From: Armatimonadota bacterium
GTDB lineage: Bacteria; Armatimonadota; SYMT01
Direction: 5' to 3'
Length of the DNA: 64,000 bases
Assembly (NCBI GenBank): GCA_046292385.1
Contig: JBKBRF010000004.1
Location: forward strand, 64,001-128,000
A program made the position numbers and the translations under genes. The notes under the pieces were generated by a model that saw only the letters and a list, made by a program, of their open reading frames with translations, did no database searches and had not been told where the DNA came from. Shown here in pieces: positions 21,663-31,345 of this stretch (the stretch's first letter is position 1; each line of letters opens with the position of its first letter).

Positions 21663-22756
21663 GCCTGCAAGTCCTTCGTCCCGATCTCCCGGCGCCGCCG
21701 CGAGAAGAGCCCGAAGACCGAGATCTCGCGTCCGCCCATCAGCCCTTGCGGCCGGGTCAGCATCAGGACGATCAGCATCAGCGCATAGAGCACCATCCGG
21801 AGCTGCTCAACGGCGCCGCCGAGCGGCCCGAGCATCGGCGCGATCGTGCGCAGCACCTCCGGAAGGATCGTCAGGAGGATCGCGGCGATGATGCAGCCGC
21901 TGATGCTGCCGAGCCCGCCGAGCACCACCATCACCACGATCAGGATCGAGTCGAGGAAGCCGGCGGCCGTCGGCTGGATGCTGCCCTGGGTGTGCGCGAA
22001 CAGCGCGCCCGCGGTGCCGGCGAAGAAGGCGCCAATCATGAAGGCGGCGACCTTGTACCGGGTCAGGGACACCCCCATCGACTCCGCGGCGATCTCGTCC
22101 TCCCGGATCGCCAGCAGGGCGCGCCCGAAGCCGGACGCCGCGATGTTCCGGTTTGCCAGCACCGTCAGGAAAACCATCAGGTACATCCAGAAGAAGTTGG
22201 TGATCGGCGGGATTCCGTTGAACCCGAGGCTGCCGCCGAGCGGCTGGATGTGCTCGATGATGACGCGCACCACCTCGCCGAAGCCGAGCGTGACGATCGC
22301 CAGGTAATCGCCCCGGAGCCGGAGGGAGGGGAGACCGACCACGAACCCCATCGCCGCGGCAAAGAGCCCCGCCACGACGAGGCTGGCGGCGAAGAGCAGG
22401 TTCCAGCTAAGCGGCGCCGCGCCCGGGAACCAGGTGCCGGCCGGCCCGAGGACTCGCGCTCCGAGGTAGACGGTCACCGCGCCGGCGGCGTAGCCTCCGA
22501 TCGCGGCGAAGGCCGCGTGCCCGAGGCTGAACTGGCCGGCGAGCCCGTTGATCAGGTTGAGACTGACCGCCAGGATGATCCAGCGGCCCATCTCCAGCAC
22601 CACCGGATAGTAGACGGCGAACTGCTTGTAGAACCAGAGCTTCTGTAGGTCCGGGCGGGTCAGCACCGCCTGGAACATCGCGGTGGCCCACCAGTTGGCG
22701 GCCAGCAGCGCGCCGATGATGATGGCTCCCCAGAGCAGGCGCTTCCAGATCGCCAT
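21659..22756 (-). CDS. livM: Branched-chain amino acid ABC transporter permease
   Basis: GQFSLGHAAF, RLRGDYLAIVTLGFGE, AIREDEIAAESMG. Confidence 0.93.
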   Translation of the reverse strand: MAIWKRLLWGAIIIGALLAANWWATAMFQAVLTRPDLQKLWFYKQFAVYYPVVLEMGRWIILAVSLNLINGLAGQFSLGHAAFAAIGGYAAGAVTVYLGARVLGPAGTWFPGAAPLSWNLLFAASLVVAGLFAAAMGFVVGLPSLRLRGDYLAIVTLGFGEVVRVIIEHIQPLGGSLGFNGIPPITNFFWMYLMVFLTVLANRNIAASGFGRALLAIREDEIAAESMGVSLTRYKVAAFMIGAFFAGTAGALFAHTQGSIQPTAAGFLDSILIVVMVVLGGLGSISGCIIAAILLTILPEVLRTIAPMLGPLGGAVEQLRMVLYALMLIVLMLTRPQGLMGGREISVFGLFSRRRREIGTKDLQA

Positions 22757-22757
22757 C

Positions 22758-23714
22758 TCAGACCTTCTCCTTCGCGGTGGTGCCCATGATCCCGGACGGC
22801 CGCACGATCAGGATCAGGATCAGGATCCCGAAGGCGACGGCGTCCTTCCACGTGGAGTCGAGGCCGAAATTCGCGCCGTAGCCGGTCACCAGCGTCTCGG
22901 TGAGTCCCATGACGAAGCCGCCGATTAGGGCGCCCGGGATACTCCCGATTCCGCCCAGCACCGCCGCCACGAACGCCTTCAAGCCGGTGTAGAGCCCCAT
23001 CATCGGCTCTACCGTCGTGGGCTTGTCGAGCGCGTAGAGCACGCCGGCCGCGGCCGCCAGGGCAGAGCCGAAGGCGAAGGTGTAGAGGATCACGCGGTCG
23101 GTCGGAATCCCCATCAGCGAGGCGGCCTCGCGGTCCGCGGAGACGGCGCGCATCGCCTTGCCGACGCGGGTCTTGCGGATGATCAGCTCCAGCCCCACCA
23201 TCAGCGCGATCGCCACGACGAACGTGATCACCTGGACCGCGCTCAGCTGGAGGTTGCCCCAGAGCGGCACGCTCATCTCCGGAATGATGCCGGTGGGGAA
23301 CGCCCGCTGCTGCGGGCCGAACGGGATCTCCACGGGGCCGAGGCGGAGCACCGGGGGGAGCTGGCCGCCGTACTCCAGCAGGAGCGAGACTCCGATGGCG
23401 GTGATCAGCGTGTTCAGCCGTGGAGCCGAGCGGAGCCGGCGGTACGCGAAGCGCTCGATCGCCATGCCGACCAGGGCGCAGGCGACCATCGCGACCACGA
23501 TCACGAGGATCACCGAGCCCCAGCCGGCCCGCTGTGAGACACCGAGACCGACCGCGGCGAACAGCCCCGAGTAGGCGCCCAGCATGAAGACGTCGCCGTG
23601 GGCGAAGTTGATCAGCCGGAGCACCCCGTAGACCATCGTGTAGCCCAGGGCGATCAGCGCGTAGGTCGCGCCGAGGTGCGAGCCGTTGATCAACTGTTGA
23701 ACGAATTGCTCCAC
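22758..23714 (-). CDS. livH: Branched-chain amino acid ABC transporter permease
   Basis: YALIALGYTMVYGVLRLINFAHG, GLKAFVAAVLGGIGSIPGA. Confidence 0.93.
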   Translation of the reverse strand: MEQFVQQLINGSHLGATYALIALGYTMVYGVLRLINFAHGDVFMLGAYSGLFAAVGLGVSQRAGWGSVILVIVVAMVACALVGMAIERFAYRRLRSAPRLNTLITAIGVSLLLEYGGQLPPVLRLGPVEIPFGPQQRAFPTGIIPEMSVPLWGNLQLSAVQVITFVVAIALMVGLELIIRKTRVGKAMRAVSADREAASLMGIPTDRVILYTFAFGSALAAAAGVLYALDKPTTVEPMMGLYTGLKAFVAAVLGGIGSIPGALIGGFVMGLTETLVTGYGANFGLDSTWKDAVAFGILILILIVRPSGIMGTTAKEKV

Positions 23715-23763
23715 GTTGGGGCAGCCTATCGATCGTTAACGCGGTCCGGTTGAGCGACGGTCG

Positions 23764-24969
23764 TTACGGAGCGATGGTCGTGACCAGCGGGAAGACGGCC
23801 TTGCCGTCTCGCTCCTCCACCTTCACGACGACGGCCGACTTCACCGGGTTGTGCTGGGCGTCGATGCTGACGCGGCCGGCGACCCCGTTGAACTCCTTCG
23901 TCTGCTCCAGCGCGTCCCGGATCGCCTGGCGCTCCATGGAGCCGGCGCGGCGCGCGGCGTCGACCACCAGCTTCACCGAGTCGTATCCGAGGGCCGCCAG
24001 CGCGTTCGGCTCCTCGTTGAACTTTCGGCGGTAGGCTTCCACGAACTCCTTCACCTCGGGCCGATCTTCTTCCGGAGAGAAGTGGTTGCTGAAGTAGCAG
24101 TCGGTGAAGTACTGCGCGCCGACGCTGGTGAGGGTGGGGGAGTCCCAGCCGTCGCCACCGACCACCGGCACCTGAAGGCCGAGGGTGCGCGCCTGCTGGA
24201 TGATCAGGCCCGCCTCGCGGTAGTAGCCGGGGATGACGAGCACTTCCGGGTTGAGGCCCTGGATGCGGGTGAGCTGCGAGCGGAAGTCGGCGTCGCCTTC
24301 GGAGTAGGCTTCCTCCGCCACGATCTGCCCGCCGTTCTGGGTGAAGTAGTCCCGGAACCCGTTGGCGAGACCGACGCTGTAGGCGTTCTTCACGTCCTTC
24401 AGCACCGCCGCGCGGGAGAGCTTCAGGTGCTCCCGCACGAACTGCCCCATCACCCGGCCCTGGAACGGATCGGTGAAGCAGACGCGGAAGACGTAGGGGC
24501 GAGTCAGCCCGGAGCGGGGATCCACGGTAACGTCGGGATTGGTGGACGAGGGCGAGACCATCGGCACGCGGGCGGGGTCGACCACCTGCGCCGCCGCGAT
24601 GGAGCGGCTGCTGGCGACCTCGCCGACGATGGCATTGACCTGGTACTGGCTGATCAGACGGTTGACGACGAGCGGCGCCTGGGCCTGCTGGCTCTGGTCG
24701 TCCAGCGTGGTGACGTCCACCTTCAGGTTGCCGGAGCCGCTAATCTCCTCCGCCGCCAGCTTGACCCCGTTATCGGTAGTCTGGCCGAACATCGCGGTGT
24801 TGCCGGTGAGGCTGGCGAAGTGACCGATCTTGAGCGTGCCGCTCAGGTCGCTTCCGGGGGTGCTGGTGCCGGAATTCCCGGTGGTCTGATCCACCGGGGG
24901 CGGCGGGCAGCCGGCCAGCATCGCCGCGGCGAGACCGACCGCACAGACGAGGGAGAGCTTTCTAATCAC
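23764..24969 (-). CDS. livK: Branched-chain amino acid ABC transporter substrate-binding lipoprotein
   Basis: Lipobox LAGC, SPSSTNPDVT, YVFRVCFTDPFQG, GGDGWDS, ALGYD. Start inferred at GTG 24969. Confidence 0.88.
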   Translation of the reverse strand: MIRKLSLVCAVGLAAAMLAGCPPPPVDQTTGNSGTSTPGSDLSGTLKIGHFASLTGNTAMFGQTTDNGVKLAAEEISGSGNLKVDVTTLDDQSQQAQAPLVVNRLISQYQVNAIVGEVASSRSIAAAQVVDPARVPMVSPSSTNPDVTVDPRSGLTRPYVFRVCFTDPFQGRVMGQFVREHLKLSRAAVLKDVKNAYSVGLANGFRDYFTQNGGQIVAEEAYSEGDADFRSQLTRIQGLNPEVLVIPGYYREAGLIIQQARTLGLQVPVVGGDGWDSPTLTSVGAQYFTDCYFSNHFSPEEDRPEVKEFVEAYRRKFNEEPNALAALGYDSVKLVVDAARRAGSMERQAIRDALEQTKEFNGVAGRVSIDAQHNPVKSAVVVKVEERDGKAVFPLVTTIAP

Positions 24970-25081
24970 GGTAGCGGTCCTCGGCCGCCGGAGCGGCCCT
25001 GAATCTGAGAGGTTATCCTCGAAATCTACGGTGGCGAATGCCGGACGGTTACCGGACCGGGGGCGGCGGCCTCGTCGTCGC

Positions 25082-25963
25082 TCAATCGTTTTCGATGGTG
25101 CGGGCACCTGGAGTAAGCACGTCGACAACGGCGCGGAGGTGGTCGGGCGTCGCGCCGCAGCAGCCAGCAAACAGCCGAACGCCCACCTTCCGGTACTCTA
25201 TCGCGGCAGCCGCAAAGGCGTCCGGCCCGAGAGTGTACCGCGCGCGTCCCTCCGTCATCTCCGGCAGGCCGGCGCTGGGCGCCGCCAGGACCGGCGCGAT
25301 GCGCGCCACCGCCAGCCGCGCCGCCGGCTCCAGGAGTGCTCCCGGCCCGGCTCCGCAGTTCACCCCGACCACGGCGGCTCCGGCGGCTCGAAGACGTTCT
25401 GCCGCGTCCAACAGGTCAGAGCCATCCAGCAGCCGCCCGGCGGCGTCCGGCACTACCGTCGCCCAGACCTCGCCAAGCGCGGCCGCGGCCCGCACCGCCG
25501 CGGCGCCTTCCGGCAGGCTGACAATCGTTTCGACCAGGAACGCGCTCACCCCTCCCGCGGCAAGCGCTTCGGCCTGCTCGGCGTAGGCGCTCTCCCACGC
25601 GGAGGCGGGCCCCCGGCTCGGCCCCAGCGTCCCGAGCACCGGCAGTCCGGGCGCCGCCTCCCGGGCGATCCGGGCGGCGGCGGCGTTGAGCTCCGCGACC
25701 CCGTAGGGTAGACCCGCCGCCGCGAGGGCAGTTCGAGTGGCTCCGAAGCTATTGGTCTGCACCCACGCCGCACCGGCGCCCGCGAAGGCGTGGTGGACCG
25801 CCGCCACCGCCTGGGGACGCTCGAGGCAGAAGCGGTCGGCCGGCTCTCCGAGCGGCAGGCCCATGTCCTGCAGCAGGGTGCCCATCGCCCCGTCGCCGAC
25901 CGCGACGCCGCTGTGGGACAGGAGCGACTCAACCAGCGAGCCGCGGTCCGCACGAGGGCTCAA
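25082..25963 (-). CDS. Homocysteine S-methyltransferase family protein (stand-alone MetH Hcy-binding-like domain)
   Basis: DGAMGTLLQ, TNSFGA, FLVET, Zn ligands GVNC and AGCCGATPDH. TTG start overlaps the upstream stop. Confidence 0.85.
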   Translation of the reverse strand: MSPRADRGSLVESLLSHSGVAVGDGAMGTLLQDMGLPLGEPADRFCLERPQAVAAVHHAFAGAGAAWVQTNSFGATRTALAAAGLPYGVAELNAAAARIAREAAPGLPVLGTLGPSRGPASAWESAYAEQAEALAAGGVSAFLVETIVSLPEGAAAVRAAAALGEVWATVVPDAAGRLLDGSDLLDAAERLRAAGAAVVGVNCGAGPGALLEPAARLAVARIAPVLAAPSAGLPEMTEGRARYTLGPDAFAAAAIEYRKVGVRLFAGCCGATPDHLRAVVDVLTPGARTIEND

Positions 25964-26370
25964 GCGAGCTCCGTCCCGCTCGTCGCGCTGACGAGGCGCC
26001 CGAACCGCACGTCGCGAGCGCTGATCTGGGCGTCGGCCCAGGCGCCGACCGCGGGCGCGGCCCCGCGAGCTACCGTCACCTCCAGCACGGAGTGCTGCTC
26101 CAGCGGCACCTGCAGACGGGAGAGCACCTCCACGTCGCCCGTCGGCAGCGCGTCGGAGCGGCCGCCCGCGGCCCGGACGAGTGTGAGCGTGCCGACCACC
26201 TCGCGGGCCTCGCCGTCCGCCATCCAGTCGTGCGCGACCAGGTAATCGCGGATGGCGTCCCGGACCGCCTCCGAGCGGGAGACGTAGCCTTTGCCAGCGC
26301 ACACCTCGTCGAAGGTGGCGAGGAGGTCCGGCGGAAGAGAGATGGTGAATCGGGCGACCGAATCAGGCAT
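25960..26370 (-). CDS. NikR-like ribbon-helix-helix regulator lacking nickel ligands
   Basis: RHH motif RFTISLPPDLLATFDE...GYVSRSEAVRDAIRDYL followed by a NikR_C-like VVGTLTLV...LEVTVARG...VRFGRL. Confidence 0.8.
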   Translation of the reverse strand: MPDSVARFTISLPPDLLATFDEVCAGKGYVSRSEAVRDAIRDYLVAHDWMADGEAREVVGTLTLVRAAGGRSDALPTGDVEVLSRLQVPLEQHSVLEVTVARGAAPAVGAWADAQISARDVRFGRLVSATSGTELA

Positions 26371-26583
26371 GGGGTTACTCCGGGGAAGCAGTTGCCGGCT
26401 CCGCCTCGACATTCCTTCGCCCGGCGGCGGAAGGCTCCCCGAAACCGGCGGTTTTTGCTACGATAGGTAGGAACCAGCCCCCGAGGTCCCGTGTCTCACT
26501 CAGTGACATCAGCGAATAGTCCACATGCCGGGCAAGCCCCTGGGTAGAGAGCCGGCGTGTGGGTGAAGGAAATAGAGATCAGA

Positions 26584-26775
26584 ATGGTACGCCGAGTTTG
26601 GATGCTGGCAGCCCTGCCGGCGGTCGCCGCCTCGCTGCTCCTGGCCAGCGCCGGGGTCTCGCAGGCGGTCGCCCCGGAGACGCCGTCACAGAAATGGGCA
26701 CGCAAGAGGGACCCGGATCCGCCGCGGCCCCCGAAGAAGTCGCTTCAGGACCAGCTGGTACCGCAGCACGCCTGA
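26584..26775 (+). CDS. Small secreted Pro/Lys-rich peptide (hypothetical)
   Basis: 63 aa with a Sec-type signal (MVRRVWMLAALPAVAASLLLASAGVSQA). Its stop overlaps the next ATG (TGATG). Confidence 0.55.
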   Translation: MVRRVWMLAALPAVAASLLLASAGVSQAVAPETPSQKWARKRDPDPPRPPKKSLQDQLVPQHA

Positions 26776-27755
26776 TGCAGGAGCATTTCCGCTCCCGGAC
26801 CGTTCCACCGCTAGTACTCGGAGCCCTCGGGGCGGTACTCGCGCTCCTGGCGGCCCTGGACAAGCTATTCGGACTGGTACAGCGCCCGCTCTTCCTCGCG
26901 ACGCTGGCCTATGCCTCGCTGTTCGGACTGGTTGCGTGGGCTTTCCTACGCGGCATCCAGCTCCGGCCGGCGAGGCTTTTCCGGCTCAGCCTCTACGCTG
27001 CCGCCCTGCTGCTGCTGGTCCTCACTTCCGCCTACGTCTTTGCCTGGCGGCTGAGTGCCGACCCCACGCCGGTCATCCTGCAGCGGGAGCTCTCCCAGGC
27101 CCGCGCGCTGGTGGACGCCGGTGAGCTGGACCGCGCGCACCTGATCTACCGGGAGGCTTACCGGCGCTTTCCCAACAGCTTTCCAGTGCTGATGGGGCTG
27201 GGCGCGGTGACCTACCAGACGACCGACTACGATCGCGCGCGTCGCTATTACGAGCGGGCGCTGGCGGTGGCGCCGCCCGAATCGCGCTGGCGCGCTCTCA
27301 ATGACCTCGGCCAGACCCTGTGGAAGCTGAAGCGCCCCGAAGAGGCGATCGAGCTCTACCTGCAGGCGGAGAAGGCGGGGATGCCCCGCTCCGAGCGGAT
27401 CGAGTGGCACTACCGGCTGGCGTGGGCCTACTTCGACCTCGACGAATACGACCTCGCGATTCATCATTACCTGCAGGTGGCGGAAGCGGGCGGCAAGTAC
27501 GCGGCGGCGAGCTACTACAACGCCGCCTGTGCCCAGGCCCAGAAGCTGGAGCAGACGAGCGACCCCGAGGAGCGCGCGGAGCTGGCCGAGGCCGCGGTCG
27601 AGAACCTGCGCCGGAGCTGGCAGACCGCGGAATCCGCCGAGGAGCGCCAGGACCTCCGCGCGGGAGTCTTCGGCACCGGCGAGGAGCGGGACCCGGACCT
27701 GGAGCCGCTGCGCGGTACCCCGGCCCTCACCCAGCTGGCCCGGGAGCTGCAGTAG
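26775..27755 (+). CDS. Membrane-anchored tetratricopeptide-repeat protein
   Basis: Three N-terminal TM helices, then TPRs (LGAVTYQTTDYDRARRYYERAL, ALNDLGQTLW, YYNAACAQA). Confidence 0.8.
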   Translation: MQEHFRSRTVPPLVLGALGAVLALLAALDKLFGLVQRPLFLATLAYASLFGLVAWAFLRGIQLRPARLFRLSLYAAALLLLVLTSAYVFAWRLSADPTPVILQRELSQARALVDAGELDRAHLIYREAYRRFPNSFPVLMGLGAVTYQTTDYDRARRYYERALAVAPPESRWRALNDLGQTLWKLKRPEEAIELYLQAEKAGMPRSERIEWHYRLAWAYFDLDEYDLAIHHYLQVAEAGGKYAAASYYNAACAQAQKLEQTSDPEERAELAEAAVENLRRSWQTAESAEERQDLRAGVFGTGEERDPDLEPLRGTPALTQLARELQ

Positions 27756-27791
27756 CCGCCGATCGGCTGACAGACCGCAGGTGAGGACCGC

Positions 27792-28307
27792 ATGCACGAC
27801 CCGGGTTACCGCTTCTGTCCCCGCTGCGGCGGCGGGCTCACTTCCCGCTGTATCAAGGCCGGCGAGCCGGACCGCCTCTGCTGCGACGGCTGCGAGTTCG
27901 TCTTCTACCTCGATCCCAAGCTCGCCGCGGGAGCGGTGCTCACCTACCGGGGCCGCGTGCTGCTGCTGCGCCGCGCCATCGAGCCGGCCTATGGCAAGTG
28001 GATCTTCCCCGGCGGCTTCGTCGACCGCGGCGAGCATCCGGAGTACGCCGCCGCCCGCGAGGCGATGGAAGAAGCCGGCGTGGAAGTGCGCCTGGACGCC
28101 CTCCTCGGCATCTACAGCCTCCCGCCGGGCAGTCCGGTCGTGATCGTGGTCTACCACGGCGAGGTGACCGGCGGGGAGCCGGCCGCCCTCGACGAGAGCC
28201 TGGAGGTCGGCCTCTTCCACCCGGCCGAGATCCCGTGGGACGACCTCGCCTTCGCCACTACCCGCCAGGCCCTGCAGGACTACCTGGCCCGCAGGGCAGA
28301 GGGATGA
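27792..28307 (+). CDS. NUDIX hydrolase with N-terminal zinc ribbon
   Basis: FCPRCG...CDGC and Nudix box PGGFVDRGEHPEYAAAREAMEEAG. Confidence 0.92.
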   Translation: MHDPGYRFCPRCGGGLTSRCIKAGEPDRLCCDGCEFVFYLDPKLAAGAVLTYRGRVLLLRRAIEPAYGKWIFPGGFVDRGEHPEYAAAREAMEEAGVEVRLDALLGIYSLPPGSPVVIVVYHGEVTGGEPAALDESLEVGLFHPAEIPWDDLAFATTRQALQDYLARRAEG

Positions 28308-28496
28308 GGGGGAGCCTTTAGGACGGAGTGCAGAGGGCGGAGTGCGGAATTCGAACCCTGTGCACGAGGGGTTCGCGCCTCGGGCCATGACTGCGGTACA
28401 GTAACGTCGTCCGTGAGCGCCTCCCCGGGCCCGCGGGCACTCCACCGCTGCTCTTCCGCCGAATGCGCCGCTTCCCGGCGGCCCGAGGAAACCGAG

Positions 28497-28949
28497 ATGA
28501 CGATGCTGTCCCGCGTTCGCCGCACCTTCCCCTGGCTGCTCGCCGCGTGCGCCTCCTGCGCTGCGATTACCGCCTGGACCGCGGAGCCGCAGAGCCCCTC
28601 CATCGCCCGCGACTCCCGGCTCTTCGAGATGCGCACCTACTATGCCGCTCCGGGCAAGTTCGAAGCGCTCCATGCCCGGTTCCGCGACCATACCAACCGG
28701 CTCTTCAAGAAGCACGGGATGCAGCTGGTGGGCTACTGGGTGCCGACGGACAAGGAGAAGGGCTCCGAAAACACCCTGATCTACGTGCTGGCGTTCCCCA
28801 GCAAAGAAGCGCGGGAAGCGAGCTTCCGGGCGTTCGGCAGCGATCCGGAGTGGAAGGCCGCGCATGCCGCGTCGGAGGCAAACGGGAAGCTGGTCGACAA
28901 GATCGAAAGCGTCTTCATGAACGCCACCGACTACTCACCGATCAAGTAG
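28497..28949 (+). CDS. Exported NIPSNAP family protein
   Basis: Signal peptide, [25 protein letters not shown]-terminal ATDYSPIK. Confidence 0.88.
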   Translation: MTMLSRVRRTFPWLLAACASCAAITAWTAEPQSPSIARDSRLFEMRTYYAAPGKFEALHARFRDHTNRLFKKHGMQLVGYWVPTDKEKGSENTLIYVLAFPSKEAREASFRAFGSDPEWKAAHAASEANGKLVDKIESVFMNATDYSPIK

Positions 28950-29070
28950 CCGAGCGGGAACGGGGGCGTGCTCGGCAGCCTGCGCATCCCACCCCAGTCA
29001 TCCTGGAACTGGCGTTCAGGATGACTGGGGTGGTGGCCGATGCGGTCCAGCATCACCCCGAGTGGGCATT

Positions 29071-29173
29071 GGAGAACGAGAAGGAGAAAGAGAAGGAGAA
29101 GGAGCTAAGCTCGGTTGGCTTCCCATCCCCCTCATCCCCGTTCCCACATCCCCTTATCTCCTTTTCTTACACC
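29071..29173. repeat. Dispersed ~100-bp element (purine-rich arm + pyrimidine-rich arm), copy 1
   Basis: Aligns by eye with 61522-61618 over aggagcta..gc....tggct.cccatc.ccct...atcccctt.tctcctt..cttacacc. Confidence 0.7.
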
Positions 29174-29174
29174 C

Positions 29175-30611
29175 TCACCCGCGAGCGAGCAGCGCCGGGA
29201 TGTGCTTGCCGTGGCCGTCTCGGGTGACGTAGAACGGGCGCTTTTCTACCTCGTAGCCCAGGTTCGGCGGGATGCCGACGGTGTGGTGGATCGTGGCGTG
29301 CAGGTCCTCGATCACGACCGGATTCTCGATCGTCTTGCACGGACGCTCGTCCGCGGTCTTGCCGTAGACGAAGCCCTTCTTCACCCCGCCGCCGAAGAGG
29401 AGCACGCTGCCGGCGTCGGTGAAGTGGCGGTGCATGCCGTAGTGCTTCGGCTCCTGCATCACGTCCGGCACTTCCACCTGGTTCGTCACGGTGGCGCCCG
29501 GCTTGCCCTCGGTCATCATGTCCCGGCTGAATTCGCTGGCGAGCACGATGAGCGTGCGGTCGAGCAGTCCCCGCTCCTCCAGGTCTCGTACGAGCTGGGC
29601 GATCGGGGCGTCGATCTGCCGCTTCATCTCCACCAGGCGGGAGTGGCCGTTATCGTGCGTGTCCCACCCGAAGAACGGCACGTACTCCGTGGTCACCTCG
29701 ATGTAGCGCGCGCCGGCTTCGGTGAGCCGCCGGGCCAGCAGGCAGCCGAGGCCGAAGCGGCCGGTGTTGTAGACGTCGTACGACTTCTTCGGCTCGAGGT
29801 TGAGGTCGAACGCCTTCGCGGCGGGGGAGCTGAGGAGCCGGTGGGCGTTGTCGAGCGACCGCAGGAGCGATTCCTTCTGGTAGTCGCTGCCGTAGCGCTG
29901 CACCGGGTTCTTCTCCAGCAGCTTCTGGTAGAAGGCGCGCCGGTTCTCGAAGCGGCTCGGGCTCATGCCCTTCGGGGGACGTACGGCGTCCATCGCCTGC
30001 TCCGGGTACGGGATGTTGAACGGGCCGTACTCGCTGCCGAGGAAGCCGGCGGTGGTGAACGCCTTGAGCTCCTCGCCCTCGCCCACGTCGAACCGCTGCC
30101 CGATGTTGATGAACGGCGGAACCGCGTCGTTCTTCGGTCCCAGCGCCTTCGCGATCCAGGCGCCCAGGTGCGGGGCCGCCACGGTCTGCGGAGGCGCGTA
30201 GCCGGTGTGCCAGTAGTACTGGTGGCGCGAGTGGAGGATGAAGCCGAGGTCCGGACCGGTGTAGGTGCGGATCAGCGTGCCGCGGTCCATCACCGCGCCG
30301 ATCTTCTCCAGCCCTTCGGAGAAGCGGAGGCCGTCGACGACGGTCGGGATCGACGGGAAGGTGCTGAGCACCGCGGAAGAGGGCAGCCCCTTTTCGAACG
30401 GGGTGTAGCGCTTCGGGTCGAACGTCTCCGTGTGGGCCATGCCGCCGCCCATCCAGAGCACGATGACGGTGTCGGCGGTCGCCTTTTCCTTCGCCACGCG
30501 GCGGTCCACCTCTGCGGTGACCTGCCGCGGGGCACCGGCGGCGAGCGCCGCCAGGGTGGCCGCGCCGGCCGTCTTCAGGAAATCACGCCGCTTGAGCTGG
30601 TCCCGGTCCAT
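29175..30611 (-). CDS. DUF1501 family Tat-exported protein
   Basis: KRRDFLK Tat motif, LWMGGGMAHTETFDPK, FGLGCLLARRLTEAGARYIEV, GWDTH, SEFSR. Confidence 0.9.
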   Translation of the reverse strand: MDRDQLKRRDFLKTAGAATLAALAAGAPRQVTAEVDRRVAKEKATADTVIVLWMGGGMAHTETFDPKRYTPFEKGLPSSAVLSTFPSIPTVVDGLRFSEGLEKIGAVMDRGTLIRTYTGPDLGFILHSRHQYYWHTGYAPPQTVAAPHLGAWIAKALGPKNDAVPPFINIGQRFDVGEGEELKAFTTAGFLGSEYGPFNIPYPEQAMDAVRPPKGMSPSRFENRRAFYQKLLEKNPVQRYGSDYQKESLLRSLDNAHRLLSSPAAKAFDLNLEPKKSYDVYNTGRFGLGCLLARRLTEAGARYIEVTTEYVPFFGWDTHDNGHSRLVEMKRQIDAPIAQLVRDLEERGLLDRTLIVLASEFSRDMMTEGKPGATVTNQVEVPDVMQEPKHYGMHRHFTDAGSVLLFGGGVKKGFVYGKTADERPCKTIENPVVIEDLHATIHHTVGIPPNLGYEVEKRPFYVTRDGHGKHIPALLARG

Positions 30612-30699
30612 CAGTCTACCTCCAAGTTAGAAGTGTACCATCGGCGGCTCCGGAGCGCCAGGGGTGTGGCTGTGTTATCCTGGCGAGCGGGAGGGTGCC

Positions 30700-31284
30700 T
30701 TGCTCAAGAACGTCTGTGTCTTCTGTGGCTCGAGCTCCGGCAGCCGGCCGGAGTACCGCGAGGCGGCTCGCGAGGTGGGCCGGGCGCTGGCCCGGCGCGG
30801 GATCGGGCTCGTCTACGGCGGCGGGAACATCGGCCTGATGGGAGAGGTGGCGGAGGCCGCCCTCCAGGCCGGCGGCAGGGTGACCGGAGTGATTCCACAG
30901 GCCCTGCTGGCGCGAGAAGTGGGGCACCGGGGCCTGACCGAGCTGGTAGTGGTCCACTCCATGCACGAGCGGAAAGCGCTGATGGCGGAGCGGTCGGACG
31001 CGTTCCTGGCGCTCCCGGGCGGATTCGGCACCTTCGAGGAGTTCTGCGAAGCGATCACCTGGACGCAGCTCGGCGTCCACCGCAAGCCGTGCGGGCTGCT
31101 GAACGTCGCCGGCTTCTACGACCCGCTGCTGGCGCTCTTCGACCACGCCGTGTCGGAAGGCTTTCTTCACCCGCAGCACCGCGAGATCGTGCTGGTCCGG
31201 AACGAGATCGAGCCGCTCCTCGATGCCTTCGCGGGCTACATCCCGCAAGACGTGGAAAAGTGGCTCGACCGCGACGAAACGTGA
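30700..31284 (+). CDS. LOG family nucleotide phosphoribohydrolase (TIGR00730-type)
   Basis: VCVFCGSS, LVYGGGNIGLMG, MHERK, PGGFGTFEE. Confidence 0.92.
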   Translation: MLKNVCVFCGSSSGSRPEYREAAREVGRALARRGIGLVYGGGNIGLMGEVAEAALQAGGRVTGVIPQALLAREVGHRGLTELVVVHSMHERKALMAERSDAFLALPGGFGTFEEFCEAITWTQLGVHRKPCGLLNVAGFYDPLLALFDHAVSEGFLHPQHREIVLVRNEIEPLLDAFAGYIPQDVEKWLDRDET

Positions 31285-31345
31285 GGCCGCAGCGCGGAAG
31301 GCCCGTTTTGGTGGACGGACCTCCCGCTGCGGCGTAGGAGTGAAG

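Noticed and set aside
28330..28370. tRNA-like T-loop (GGTTCGAAT on the minus strand), also at about 8600 and 19175
   Set aside because: I could not build an acceptor stem, anticodon arm or properly paired T stem. Treated as the core of a repeat family rather than a tRNA.
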